This document shows, one piece after another, positions 38,813 to 48,756 of a stretch of DNA of 64,000 nucleotides. The position numbers were made by a program, and so were the translations under genes. The notes beneath the pieces were generated by a model. It saw nothing but the letters and a program-made list of their open reading frames with translations, made no database searches and was not told the origin of the DNA. The DNA comes from Candidatus Woesebacteria bacterium (GTDB lineage: Bacteria > Patescibacteriota > Microgenomatia > UBA1400 > MFAQ01), in the NCBI GenBank assembly GCA_035389185.1, contig DAOORK010000001.1:1006-65005 (forward strand), in the 5' to 3' direction. Positions within the stretch are counted from its first letter, which is position 1; each line of letters opens with the position of its first letter.

Positions 38813-39227
38813 TTCTTCCACTCTTTACCCCTCTTAGTCTGGGACAATCCCAGTTGCTGACTACGGTTAAAATCATTTATCGGTAGAACTGTAAACTCTG
38901 CGTCTGAGCGAATCCTTGGAATATATGCCCGGATACTGGCCTGTCGCGCTAAGCGCCACCGGCCCACCCGCCAAGTAAATTGGCTGGTTATCTCTCGGGC
39001 TCTTGACATGATCCACCAAGCAAAGCTCGACGCAAAACTAAGACAAGAGAAAGCTGTAACCGACAAGATGCACGGCCTCAAAGCGCTTCGGTCCTAATGG
39101 CCGGCCCCCGATCCTCGCCGCTTTCCCTCATATGTATAGGGTCCTGACTGAGCACACAACGTGTGTGATCGGTGATATAAGCGACGTACAATAGCGCTCC
39201 AGCTGTGAAGTATTAAGAGTGGAAGAA
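38813..39227 (+). ncRNA. large structured ncRNA candidate, class unidentified
   Basis: 13-bp closing helix TTCTTCCACTCTT/AAGAGTGGAAGAA, many nested helices, own promoter and terminator, no SD-led ORF. Confidence 0.72.
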
Positions 39228-39296
39228 AAATAACCGTCGGCCTCCTGGCAATGTTGCCAGGAGGCCAAACCATTTGATTAGTTAGTGTCTCGTTGT

Positions 39297-39332
39297 CAGC
39301 CTTTTCAACTTAGTTGGGAAGGCTGTTTTTTT
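39297..39332 (+). terminator. intrinsic terminator
   Basis: CAGCCTTTTCAACT/AGTTGGGAAGGCTG followed by a T-run. Confidence 0.8.
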
Positions 39333-39423
39333 GGAAAAGATACTTGATTTTTATTATATAGGGTGGTAAACTACAGATCCAGTTAGAGGAATTCTCCTCT
39401 GAACATTCAAATTGGAGGTTTGT

Positions 39424-39522
39424 ATGCCAAACATGAAGATCTGGAGTTATGATAGCTCCGACGACAGTGATCATTCGTCAGACGATGAATCGAACACAAC
39501 TCCGGAAATGTTCGGATCATAA
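39424..39522 (+). CDS. 32-aa Asp/Ser-rich microprotein
   Basis: MPNMKIWSYDSSDDSDHSSDDESNTTPEMFGS after promoter, GAACATTCAAA and GGAGG. Confidence 0.55.
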   Translation: MPNMKIWSYDSSDDSDHSSDDESNTTPEMFGS

Positions 39523-39590
39523 AGCGTAGCCTACAATTGAATATTCGCCCTCGTCGTGATGACGAGGGCGTTTAAAATTTTAAGGAGATA

Positions 39591-39695
39591 ATGGTGAAAA
39601 TAAAAGAAAAAGTCTTGTATTGTAATCAAGATCAGGATGTAGATACTAACGATGATTCTTCAGCTGATTCGGGTAGAACCGTTGAAACTGAGTAG
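39591..39695 (+). CDS. 34-aa acidic microprotein
   Basis: MVKIKEKVLYCNQDQDVDTNDDSSADSGRTVETE after AAGGAG; terminator follows. Confidence 0.5.
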   Translation: MVKIKEKVLYCNQDQDVDTNDDSSADSGRTVETE

Positions 39696-39793
39696 TGATG
39701 ATTTAAGCCACTCAATAAAATGAGTGGTTTTTTGTGACAAAAACAAAGATGGTAGAATACCCAAGTCATTTTTAATGTATATTTTTAAGAGTA

Positions 39794-41800
39794 ATGAAGA
39801 AACTAGTTATTGTTGAGTCTCCAACCAAAACAAAAAGCCTTGCAAAATATTTAGGGGCGGATTTTGTGATCCTGGCCTCGATGGGCCATGTGCGTGATTT
39901 ACCTAAGAGCAAGTTTGGTATTGAGATCAAGGATGAAGGAAAAAGGGAGTACGACTTTGTTCCCAGCTATGAACTAATGAATGGTAAAGGTGAGCAGGTG
40001 AAGAAACTCGAGGATGCGGCTTCCAAAGTAGACGAAGTGATACTGGCTTCCGATCCGGATCGCGAAGGAGAGGCAATTGCTTGGCATGTAGAACATATTC
40101 TAAAAAATTCAAGAAAACTGGCCAACAAAGACAAGTTGGAGTTTAAGAGGATTGCTTTTCACTCGATTACCAAGGAAGCGATTCTGGAGGCTTTGGAACA
40201 CCCAAGAGGTATCGATATGAACTTAGTTGACGCCCAGCAAGCAAGGCGTTTCTTAGACCGTTTGGTGGGTTACAAGCTTTCGCCAATTCTGTGGAAGAAA
40301 GTACGTCGTGGTTTGTCGGCAGGTCGCGTACAGAGTGTGGCGGTAAGGCTAATTGTAGAAAGAGAACGGGAGATCGAAAAGTTTAAGCCGGTGGAGTATT
40401 GGCAGATAAAAGTGTTGGTAGAAACGATTAGGGGAGAAAAATTTGAGTTAGAGCTGGCTAAAATAAAAGGTAAAAAAGCAGATGTTCATGATGGAGAACT
40501 GGCCAAGAAGGTGCTGGAGGTTTTGGAGAAAGCGGAGTATCTGGTCAAAGACATCAAAAAGTCTGAAAGAAATGCTGCACCCCATCCGCCATTTAAAACG
40601 TCAACTTTACAACAGGCTGCAGCTAACGTTTTGGGCTGGTCGGCTAAAAAAACAATGAATGTGGCCCAAAGACTTTATGAGCAAGGTGACATTACTTATC
40701 ATCGTACGGACTCATTTAACTTGGCGAGTACAGCTATCGAGACTGTAAGAAAGTATGTTAGTGAAGTTTACGGAGCAGAGTACTTGCCGATAGCTCCGCG
40801 CTTTTACAAGACAGGGAGCAAAGTGGTTGCCCAAGAGGCACACGAGGCGGTTCGGCCAACCCATATTGAAGTAAGCCCGGATAAGTTTACCGGACAAGAA
40901 ATGGCCCATGATCAGGAGAAGCTTTATTCACTAATATGGAGAAGAACTGTTGGTTGTCAGATGAGTGATGCCTTGTTTGATGATACAAAAGTAGTCGTAG
41001 CGGCAGGAGAAACTGAGCTGACAGCGACGGGCGAGACGGTAAAGTTTCCGGGATGGAAAAAGCTATTTTTGAAGGACAAAGGGGAAGAGCCTGTTTTACC
41101 GGAGATGGCAGTTGGGGACAGCTTAACCAAGAAAAAAGTGATTGGTGAGCAAAAGTATACCCAACCCCCAGCTAGATACAATGACGCCTCAATTATCAAG
41201 GAACTGGAAAAGAGGGGAATCGGTCGTCCATCTACTTATGCGGCAATTATCTCTACGATTATCGAGAGAAGATACGTTGAGCAGAGAGAAAAGAAGTTTT
41301 TTCCAACTTCGATTGGGATGGCAGTAGTTGATTTTTTGATGGCAAACTTCCCCCAAGAGATGGATTATGAGTTTACCGCCAAAATGGAAGACTCTCTCGA
41401 TGATATCGCGGATGGCAAGTTAAACTGGAAAAAAATGCTGTCTGCATTTTGGGATAAGTTCAAAGAAAGAATTGTTAAGGTGGACAAAGATAGTGCCAGA
41501 GTAGGTGTACCGGCTGTAGAAACGGGCAGAAAGTGTCCTGAGTGCGATAAGGGAAAAGAGGTAATCCGTGACGGGAAATATGGCAAGTTTTTGTCGTGTT
41601 CACTTTATCCGGAATGTAAGTACACAGCACCATTTATTGAGTATGTTGCCGGAGTGAAGTGTGAGAAGTGCGGGAAGAGAGTGGTTTTGAAAAAGACCCG
41701 GGCGGGAAAAGATTTTTATGGCTGTGAAGGTTATCCAAAATGTACATGGGCCAGTTGGCACAAACCAGGGACAAAGAAGGAAGAAGAATCCACAGAGTGA
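39794..41800 (+). CDS. topA: DNA topoisomerase I
   Basis: IVESP, DPDREGE, SAGRVQS, ITYHRTD, C-terminal Zn ribbons. Confidence 0.97.
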   Translation: MKKLVIVESPTKTKSLAKYLGADFVILASMGHVRDLPKSKFGIEIKDEGKREYDFVPSYELMNGKGEQVKKLEDAASKVDEVILASDPDREGEAIAWHVEHILKNSRKLANKDKLEFKRIAFHSITKEAILEALEHPRGIDMNLVDAQQARRFLDRLVGYKLSPILWKKVRRGLSAGRVQSVAVRLIVEREREIEKFKPVEYWQIKVLVETIRGEKFELELAKIKGKKADVHDGELAKKVLEVLEKAEYLVKDIKKSERNAAPHPPFKTSTLQQAAANVLGWSAKKTMNVAQRLYEQGDITYHRTDSFNLASTAIETVRKYVSEVYGAEYLPIAPRFYKTGSKVVAQEAHEAVRPTHIEVSPDKFTGQEMAHDQEKLYSLIWRRTVGCQMSDALFDDTKVVVAAGETELTATGETVKFPGWKKLFLKDKGEEPVLPEMAVGDSLTKKKVIGEQKYTQPPARYNDASIIKELEKRGIGRPSTYAAIISTIIERRYVEQREKKFFPTSIGMAVVDFLMANFPQEMDYEFTAKMEDSLDDIADGKLNWKKMLSAFWDKFKERIVKVDKDSARVGVPAVETGRKCPECDKGKEVIRDGKYGKFLSCSLYPECKYTAPFIEYVAGVKCEKCGKRVVLKKTRAGKDFYGCEGYPKCTWASWHKPGTKKEEESTE

Positions 41801-41914
41801 AGGAAACTTTCTACTAAGGAGAGTATTGGATTTTCAATTTGACATATATCCTATATAATGATACAATAAGCCGTTCTTTTGAACGTAACTTAAAAATCTA
41901 TTTTTCAAGGAGAA

Positions 41915-43093
41915 ATGATGAAAAAGTTTGCTGTTTTGATGGTGTTCGTCATGATCTTGTCGGTGATTCTCACCGGCTGTGCCCCTTCCCAAGAATCGGG
42001 CCAGATCTGTGATCTGATAATCAGTCCTGATAAACTTGAGGATTACGATGGCCAGAAAGCGACTTATCTTGGTTCGTATGAAGGTTTGGTTACTCTGAAT
42101 GTAGACGGAAGACACATTTGTGTCACAGAGAACGGACTCTATTCCTCAGACATTGGTGAAAGCGTCAACTTGTTGGTGAGGACAAAGTACTTTCAAAACG
42201 AAATCGGAGAGCAATATTTTTCTGGGATGGGTTATTCCTATTTGAATATGTACAGTGGTATGACTGGGACAATCCGTTACGTAGGCAGTCCGGTATTCGT
42301 CTTGGACGAAGTGATGCAAATGGTCTACAAAGAAAGTTGTACTCTTCTTGACCAGGACAGTATCGGCCAGCTTAATGGTCGAGAAGTCAAGATAACTGGT
42401 GTGTGGACTCCTGATCCGTACAGTGGTGAATACTTAGTTCTTGAGAGTAATGGACAAAACTACTGCTACACTCACAACATTGACATCTATAAGACGACCG
42501 ATGTTTTTGGGGAACCTCATCATATTCCGTTTTACACATCTTTTGGGGTTATTGGGAGTTCTGATTTGTTGCTGGGAGTGGTAGGTAAAATCACTACCGA
42601 GCTCGATAATGATGGAGACCTTCTTGTCTATTTTGATGCTGGGGAAGGCCAACGGGAAGAGGATATTGATCCTATGATCGAAGAAATCAGTTCCCGTAGT
42701 AAGTATTTAAGTTATCTCCAGTATGAAGGGTGGTATGAAGAGACCATTACTGACGGTATGGGTAATGTCTATAGTCTGATGTCTAACTCCGAGGCTCCCA
42801 TACTGAAACCAGGATATCTAATTTCACCAAAAAGTTATACCTATGGTGGACCAATCGATATTGGTGTAGTGATCGGCGAAATTGACGGGAAACCCCTGAC
42901 TATGTCACTGGTTGAAGATTGTTATCAGGATGATGATGGATCGTTTTCTGCTAAGTTTTCCTTCAGTTATGATGGTGATGAAGTTGTTTCTGAATGGGGT
43001 AGTACAGAGTACATCTCCCTAATCAAGGGCAATGGTGCCGATCAAGAGATCGTGTACTATAAATTCGACGCAAGTGCTTTTTGTCCTAAATAG
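41915..43093 (+). CDS. putative lipoprotein
   Basis: LTGC lipobox; promoter, boxA-like motif and SD. Confidence 0.78.
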   Translation: MMKKFAVLMVFVMILSVILTGCAPSQESGQICDLIISPDKLEDYDGQKATYLGSYEGLVTLNVDGRHICVTENGLYSSDIGESVNLLVRTKYFQNEIGEQYFSGMGYSYLNMYSGMTGTIRYVGSPVFVLDEVMQMVYKESCTLLDQDSIGQLNGREVKITGVWTPDPYSGEYLVLESNGQNYCYTHNIDIYKTTDVFGEPHHIPFYTSFGVIGSSDLLLGVVGKITTELDNDGDLLVYFDAGEGQREEDIDPMIEEISSRSKYLSYLQYEGWYEETITDGMGNVYSLMSNSEAPILKPGYLISPKSYTYGGPIDIGVVIGEIDGKPLTMSLVEDCYQDDDGSFSAKFSFSYDGDEVVSEWGSTEYISLIKGNGADQEIVYYKFDASAFCPK

Positions 43094-43182
43094 ATTTTGA
43101 TTTGAGCCTCTCTAGAAATAGGGAGGCTTTTTTGTAGTTTGATGTTGTAAAATGATCGACGGACTTTAAAAGAGGAGGATAC

Positions 43183-44064
43183 ATGGAAATAACCAAACGA
43201 GGCTTTCCGTTTTTGAGAGCCGATACTTTCTTAACTCCAAAAGGAATTAGGTATTTGAAGACACCGGGAATGGCTATGATTAGCCGACCAGAGGTGGACA
43301 TCACTGGCTTGGAAGATTTCCTTAAGGGTTTTCCGGAAGATTTACTGTACATGGATTACCTAAATGATGAGGAAAACCTGACCCCAGCAGAGACCTTGGT
43401 AAAGGCGGCCGGGCAATGGTGCTATTTATCGCTAGGTCCGGACAGAACCAAGAATATTGATGCGGCTAAGTATTTTAGAAACATTAAGGAACAAAAACAT
43501 GGCAGTATCATGGAGCACGTCACCTTTACTATGGCCATCTGGGGTGTGAGTCGTAGTTTTACTCACGAATTGGTGCGTCATCGAGCCGGATGTGGTTTTT
43601 CTCAGGTTTCGCAACGCTACGTAGGGGAGAAAGCCTTGCGTTTTGTGGAGCGGCCAGAGTTTGTGGCAGATCCTGTATTGCATAAGTTTTTCATTGATAA
43701 AATTGAGCAACATTTTGACGACTATGTCTGGTTGTCAGACTATCTTTACAAGAAGCAAGCCGAAGGCGAAAAGGCATTGAGTGCAGAAAGAAAATCTGAC
43801 CTACGTAAGAAAGTGAGGCAGACGGCCAGAGCCGAACTGCCAAACGAAACCGAGGCACCAATTATCGTTTCTGGCAATGTCCGTGCTTGGAGAAATATTC
43901 TTGAACAGCGAGTTAGTGAACACGCTGAAGTAGAGATTCGTCGGGTAGCGTACAATATTTTCGAGAGTCTAAAGCCGGAACTACCCAACCTTCTGAGCGA
44001 TTATGAGGTTGTGACCCTTTCCGATGGTACTCTTGCCCTAAAGTCTCCTTATTCAAAGGTTTAG
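43183..44064 (+). CDS. thyX: FAD-dependent thymidylate synthase
   Basis: HGSIMEH, SR..THELVRHR...SQ.SQRY, AR..LP and HA..EIR. Confidence 0.94.
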   Translation: MEITKRGFPFLRADTFLTPKGIRYLKTPGMAMISRPEVDITGLEDFLKGFPEDLLYMDYLNDEENLTPAETLVKAAGQWCYLSLGPDRTKNIDAAKYFRNIKEQKHGSIMEHVTFTMAIWGVSRSFTHELVRHRAGCGFSQVSQRYVGEKALRFVERPEFVADPVLHKFFIDKIEQHFDDYVWLSDYLYKKQAEGEKALSAERKSDLRKKVRQTARAELPNETEAPIIVSGNVRAWRNILEQRVSEHAEVEIRRVAYNIFESLKPELPNLLSDYEVVTLSDGTLALKSPYSKV

Positions 44065-44145
44065 ATTTCGCCCTCCTTATGGAGGGCATTTTGTTGGTTT
44101 AAAAAATGATCTAGACAAGAAGAGGTTAATGGTTTAAGGTAACTA

Positions 44146-44388
44146 ATGACAGAAAATCTTCGAGTATTTGATAGCGAATTCCATCGAAGATATGTTGGCG
44201 GAGACGGTGTAGTTTGCGAAGGACCAATCGTTCTGATTTCCCCGATGAAAACTGAGATTAGACCGACGACATATGAAGAAGTTCTGGCGGATTATCGACG
44301 ATATGTTGGCGACCCCAAGGCGGAGTTGCCGGATGAAATAAAGAAAACTTTATTAGCAATTAACAGGACAGAAAATGGTAGAGCATAA
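44146..44388 (+). CDS. small hypothetical protein
   Basis: Leaderless; internal RRYVG repeat; overlaps the tmk start. Confidence 0.6.
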   Translation: MTENLRVFDSEFHRRYVGGDGVVCEGPIVLISPMKTEIRPTTYEEVLADYRRYVGDPKAELPDEIKKTLLAINRTENGRA

Positions 44389-45004
44389 AAAGCCGTTTGT
44401 AGTGGCAGAAGGAGGAAGTGGTGTTGGTAAAACAACTGCAGTTGAGGGGATAAAAAACGAGTTACCCAATTGGAAATTTTTTCGTGAACCAGGGGGAACG
44501 GATTTTGGAGAGGCAATGAGAGATGCAGTTCAGATGCACAAGGACTGGGAAATTGACCCAATTGCTTCAATGTTTGGGTATAGCGCTTCGAGAGCGAATT
44601 TGGTGATGACAAAAGTGCTTCCAATTGTCGAAGGAAAAGTTGAAGCCGATGGAGTATTTTTGGATCGATATTGGTACACGACCTACACCTATCAAGGAGG
44701 AGGAGAAAAAATAGATCGAGAAATAATCATTGCTGTGAGTAAGATCGCCACAAAAGGTCTAAATCCAGATCTGGTTTTACATTATGATTTGTTGCCAGAG
44801 CTGGCTATTGCTAGAAAAACTGGTTGTTCCGATGTGGATCGTTATGATATGAAAGAGCTAGATTTTCATAGAAGAGCAAGGGACGCCTATTTGGAGCTGT
44901 CTCACATGTTTCCTGACTTTTGGAAGGTAATTGATGCTTCTCAGAGTAAAGAAAAAGTTCTCGCTGATTCATTGAACACAATGAAAGAGTTTGGGATGAT
45001 TTGA
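44375..45004 (+). CDS. tmk: thymidylate kinase
   Basis: EGGSGVGKTT, REPGGT, LDRY and YQG. Confidence 0.93.
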   Translation: MVEHKKPFVVAEGGSGVGKTTAVEGIKNELPNWKFFREPGGTDFGEAMRDAVQMHKDWEIDPIASMFGYSASRANLVMTKVLPIVEGKVEADGVFLDRYWYTTYTYQGGGEKIDREIIIAVSKIATKGLNPDLVLHYDLLPELAIARKTGCSDVDRYDMKELDFHRRARDAYLELSHMFPDFWKVIDASQSKEKVLADSLNTMKEFGMI

Positions 45005-45018
45005 GATACAATTAGAGG

Positions 45019-46227
45019 GTGCAAGATAAAGCCTTTGAATTAATTGATAAAGAGACAAAAAGACAGATAGAGACATTGTCCCTGATTCCTTCGGAAAATT
45101 ACGCTAGTAAGGGAGTGCGTGAAGCGGTCGGATCTGTATTGGCCAACAAATATGCCGAGGGATATCCCGGAAAGAGATACTATCAGGGAAATGCGGTAAT
45201 GGACGAGATAGAGTCCCTATCACAAGAAAGAGGCAAAAAGCTTTTTGGACTGGAACACATCAATGTACAGCCATACTCCGGCAGTCCGGCAAATATGGCC
45301 GTTTTGCTGGCTTTGGTTGAGCCCCACGAAACGATTTGCGGCATGGAACTGTCGGCAGGAGGGCATCTGACTCATGGGCATAGAGTGAGTGTGTCGGGAA
45401 AGTGGTTTAGGAGTGTGCAGTATGGGGTTAACGAAGAGGGTAAGATCGACTATGAAGCGCTTGCTCGGCTGGTGAATAAAGAAAAACCTAAAATAATTTT
45501 TGCCGGAACAACGGCATATCCCTGGAACTTGGATTGGAAACGATTTGGGGAGATTGCAGATAGCGTGGGGGCCTATTTAGTGGCCGACATCAGTCATATT
45601 GCCGGTTTGGTGGCCGCTGGGGTTATGGAAAGTCCGGTTGACTTTGCTCATATCATCACCAGTACAACACACAAGAGTCTTCGGGGTCCTAGAGGCGCAT
45701 TTGTGGGCGTAACGAACAACGGTTTGGAAAAAGATACCTCGTTGGACTTAAAGATAGACAAAGCAGTTTTTCCCGGTCTTCAGGGAGGACCACATATGAA
45801 CACTATTGCCGGTATGGCGGTTGCGTTTGAGGAAGCAACAAGCTCTTCGTTTGCGGATTATGCGGGCCAGATACTAAGAAACGCCCGGGCGTTGGCTAGT
45901 GGCCTAAGAGAAAGAGGTTTGAAAGTTTATGGAACGGAAAATCATTTGCTGTTGATTGAAGTTGAAGAAGGAAAGGGTAAAGAGGTGGCTGAAGACTTGG
46001 AACAGGTAGGGATTATCGTAAATGCCAATACTGTTCCGGGGGAGCCGGGAAGCCCGTTGAAGCCATCCGGAATTAGAGTTGGTACTCCGGCAGTGACAAC
46101 TCGAGGAATGAAAGAAACCGAGATGCGTGAGTTGGCCAACTTGATTGCCGATGTAATTCAGAAAAAAACAGATAGAATAATAAAGGATGAGGTTTTGGAC
46201 CTAGCCAAAAGATTTCCTTGTCCATAA
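45019..46227 (+). CDS. glyA: serine hydroxymethyltransferase
   Basis: SENY, NKYAEGYPG, GGHLTHG and TTHKSLRGPRG. Confidence 0.96.
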   Translation: MQDKAFELIDKETKRQIETLSLIPSENYASKGVREAVGSVLANKYAEGYPGKRYYQGNAVMDEIESLSQERGKKLFGLEHINVQPYSGSPANMAVLLALVEPHETICGMELSAGGHLTHGHRVSVSGKWFRSVQYGVNEEGKIDYEALARLVNKEKPKIIFAGTTAYPWNLDWKRFGEIADSVGAYLVADISHIAGLVAAGVMESPVDFAHIITSTTHKSLRGPRGAFVGVTNNGLEKDTSLDLKIDKAVFPGLQGGPHMNTIAGMAVAFEEATSSSFADYAGQILRNARALASGLRERGLKVYGTENHLLLIEVEEGKGKEVAEDLEQVGIIVNANTVPGEPGSPLKPSGIRVGTPAVTTRGMKETEMRELANLIADVIQKKTDRIIKDEVLDLAKRFPCP

Positions 46228-46232
46228 ACAAA

Positions 46233-47408
46233 ATGGAAGAAGAGAAAAAAAGACCTAGCAGACTACCATTTTCGAGCATTTTAGCGATTATTTTGTTGTT
46301 TGTTGTCGGTTACTGGTTTTTGTTTGGGGATATGTACCGTTTCTATGCCAGTGCCGTTTTCCTTTTTTATTCTTGGACGAATCAAATGTGGGTGAGTGTG
46401 ATGATGTTGGGTGTTTTTCAGACTTTTCTTTTGATTCCGCTCAGAATTATTCGGCTACTTGACTTCAAAAACGTGAGAGATTTCGCCAGTGAAACGATTC
46501 GAATGAGAGATACCGGTTCTCAAGAGAGTCATCTGAAAGAACAGTTCAAACAAGGAAACTGGGCCTTTATCTTGTATCTTTTGGATTTTGTGATCCAGCT
46601 GACGACATACATGACAATCGGACGATTATTTTTAACCAATTTTTATACGAAAGCTTTACATCATGACGCTCTTTTTTCCTTTGTACCTTATCCCGAGTAC
46701 CCGATTTTGGATAGATTTTTTAAGATTCCATACCCAGGGGTCACCAAGACGATGGATTTTGGCTTTGAAGCGGTAGTCTATATGTGGCTGATTATTTTGG
46801 TGGTTGAGTTAGTGGTTTCTTTGATCAGGGGAATAATTAAAGCCAGAAGAAACAGAAGAAGTGAAACCGAACAAAAAACGGACGAAAAGAGCAATGGCGC
46901 TTTGTCCGGCAAGTATCTGATTGTTTATGGCGTCATTCTCTATGGTTTGTCCTATTTATTGCTGAGGAACTTCCCGGTTGCCTGGGAGATAAAAATATTT
47001 ACCGGAGATGTGGCTATTCAAAACAGAACTTTTAATACCATTACCGCAATTGCGACCTTTTTGACCCTGATGTGGTTTGGGATTAATGATATTTTAAAAA
47101 AAGGCAAGATTGCGCGTGATTTAGGTTTACCGCAAAGAGTGATTGAGGCAACACAGATGAGACTTTTCAAGGAGAAGTTTTCCAGTGCGGCCCTGATTGG
47201 TTTGGGAGCGTATTTTATTACTAATCAGATCCCTTGTGCTTTTGAGTTGTCTATTTTTACTTTGGAGATTATTTCGCTATTCTCTCCCTTAACTTTGGAT
47301 AGATGGATTCTAAAGGCGGCTCCGCGAAGAGAGGGGACGGAGGTGCTGAAAGTAGAGAGGGAAAAACGAGATGTCAAAGAGCAGTTTTCGGGTAAAATAG
47401 AGGAATGA
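46233..47408 (+). CDS. polytopic membrane protein (possibly YidC/Oxa1-like)
   Basis: Multiple TMs; N-terminal W....LG...TFLLIPL followed by a helical hairpin. Confidence 0.55.
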   Translation: MEEEKKRPSRLPFSSILAIILLFVVGYWFLFGDMYRFYASAVFLFYSWTNQMWVSVMMLGVFQTFLLIPLRIIRLLDFKNVRDFASETIRMRDTGSQESHLKEQFKQGNWAFILYLLDFVIQLTTYMTIGRLFLTNFYTKALHHDALFSFVPYPEYPILDRFFKIPYPGVTKTMDFGFEAVVYMWLIILVVELVVSLIRGIIKARRNRRSETEQKTDEKSNGALSGKYLIVYGVILYGLSYLLLRNFPVAWEIKIFTGDVAIQNRTFNTITAIATFLTLMWFGINDILKKGKIARDLGLPQRVIEATQMRLFKEKFSSAALIGLGAYFITNQIPCAFELSIFTLEIISLFSPLTLDRWILKAAPRREGTEVLKVEREKRDVKEQFSGKIEE

Positions 47409-48157
47409 GAATAGTCCTGAATGGTAAAAAAGAAGCCGAGAAAATAGCTTTATTTCTTGAGGAATCTGAAAGACTACTGGGGAAAAGTTTGCTGATTATT
47501 CAGTGCGATGGTCATGCGGAAGAAAGTACCTATGTGCGTTTGAAACGAGAGATGGGGGAGAGATTAGGGGTTTTGGTGAGTGTTGTTTTTGGTCAAAATA
47601 AGGAAGAAGTGGAGACATTGATAAAAGGAGCTAATGACGACGAAACTGTTGATGGAATATTGGTGCAGTTACCGATAATAGGGGCGGAAAAAGAGGAAAC
47701 CGAACACATTTTGTCTACTATCAATCCAGAGAAGGATATAGACGGTCTAAACCCGAAATCTAGGTTCATTCCGGCGGCTGTAAGAGCTGTGGAGCGAGTA
47801 ATGGATATTTTTAAAATAAGCAAAGTGGACACTATTGCAGTGGTTGGGTCAAAAGGGTCGGTTGGAAAAAGACTAATGGAGAGATTTGAGAAACTGGGAT
47901 TTGTGTCAAAAGGTTTTGATAAGGGTGATAACTTGAAGGAAATTAAGGAGTACACCGTAGTGGTTGGGACAACAGGATCAGAAGGATTAATTAAAGAAGA
48001 GATGGTAAGGGAGGGATTCGTGGGTATTGATTTAGGATATCCTAAAGGCGATTTGGCACCAGAGTCTGTCGCCAAAGCCGATATGGTAACGCCAGTTCCC
48101 GGAGGAGTAGGACCGTTGACGATTGTGTGCTTGTACGAAAATCTGGCTGAGGTTTGA
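47405..48157 (+). CDS. folD: methylenetetrahydrofolate dehydrogenase/cyclohydrolase
   Basis: YVRLK, VDGILVQLP, KDIDG and TPVPGGVGPLT. Confidence 0.92.
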   Translation: MRIVLNGKKEAEKIALFLEESERLLGKSLLIIQCDGHAEESTYVRLKREMGERLGVLVSVVFGQNKEEVETLIKGANDDETVDGILVQLPIIGAEKEETEHILSTINPEKDIDGLNPKSRFIPAAVRAVERVMDIFKISKVDTIAVVGSKGSVGKRLMERFEKLGFVSKGFDKGDNLKEIKEYTVVVGTTGSEGLIKEEMVREGFVGIDLGYPKGDLAPESVAKADMVTPVPGGVGPLTIVCLYENLAEV

Positions 48158-48192
48158 TGTAAAAAACCCTCGACGAGCGAGGGTTTGATTTT

Positions 48193-48534
48193 TTAGCCAT
48201 ATTTGATGTGTATTCCAGACTGGCTTTCGATAACGGTAACGAGAAGTTTGATAGGGAGAATATCGTGATCGTTTAAGTACACTCCCTTACGGATTATCCA
48301 GGGATCGCCATCATGTTCGGGGAGTGAAAGAATGGCAACCTCTTTATAGACAGTGGTTTTGAAAATACCGAGGATGCGTTTAACGACGACCTTGTGGATC
48401 ATGATGCATTTTGGTTCGATTAGGATAAACCCATCGAAGTCGTTAATGATCTTGTCGTTTTTATCAAAAGGACGGTAGTTGCCTTGAGAGATGGTACTGA
48501 GGATATTTCTTAAGGTATCTGGGGGGATATCCAT
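48193..48534 (-). CDS. orphan protein, paralog pair member
   Basis: Cassette leader; VKRILG.F..T.Y..VA.L.L motif. Confidence 0.72.
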   Translation of the reverse strand: MDIPPDTLRNILSTISQGNYRPFDKNDKIINDFDGFILIEPKCIMIHKVVVKRILGIFKTTVYKEVAILSLPEHDGDPWIIRKGVYLNDHDILPIKLLVTVIESQSGIHIKYG

Positions 48535-48756
48535 GAGGCCTCCTTTAGATATTAGGGTGCGAACAGGGGTATTTTATCCCATAGGCGTAGGGGAGTCAAA
48601 CAAGGAGTGTTTGGATACTATAAAGAAATCGGTTTTAAAGACAGATATAAGGATACTCCAAGGCTCAGAAAATATTTTTCTATGGCGGAAGCTTTTGTTA
48701 AATCTAGGGAAGAAAAAGAAGCAAAATAAAAAACCCGCCTTTTGGCGGGTTGGGTA

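Noticed and set aside
38990-39100. tmRNA (TCCACCA followed by a GCAAAA.. reading frame)
   Set aside because: No T-arm before TCCACCA, no GGGG 5' acceptor strand, and the frame does not end in an Ala-rich tag
38813-39227. RNase P RNA
   Set aside because: GAGGAAAGTCC and ACAGAA..CGGCTTA hallmarks not seen on either strand; a very divergent form is not excluded
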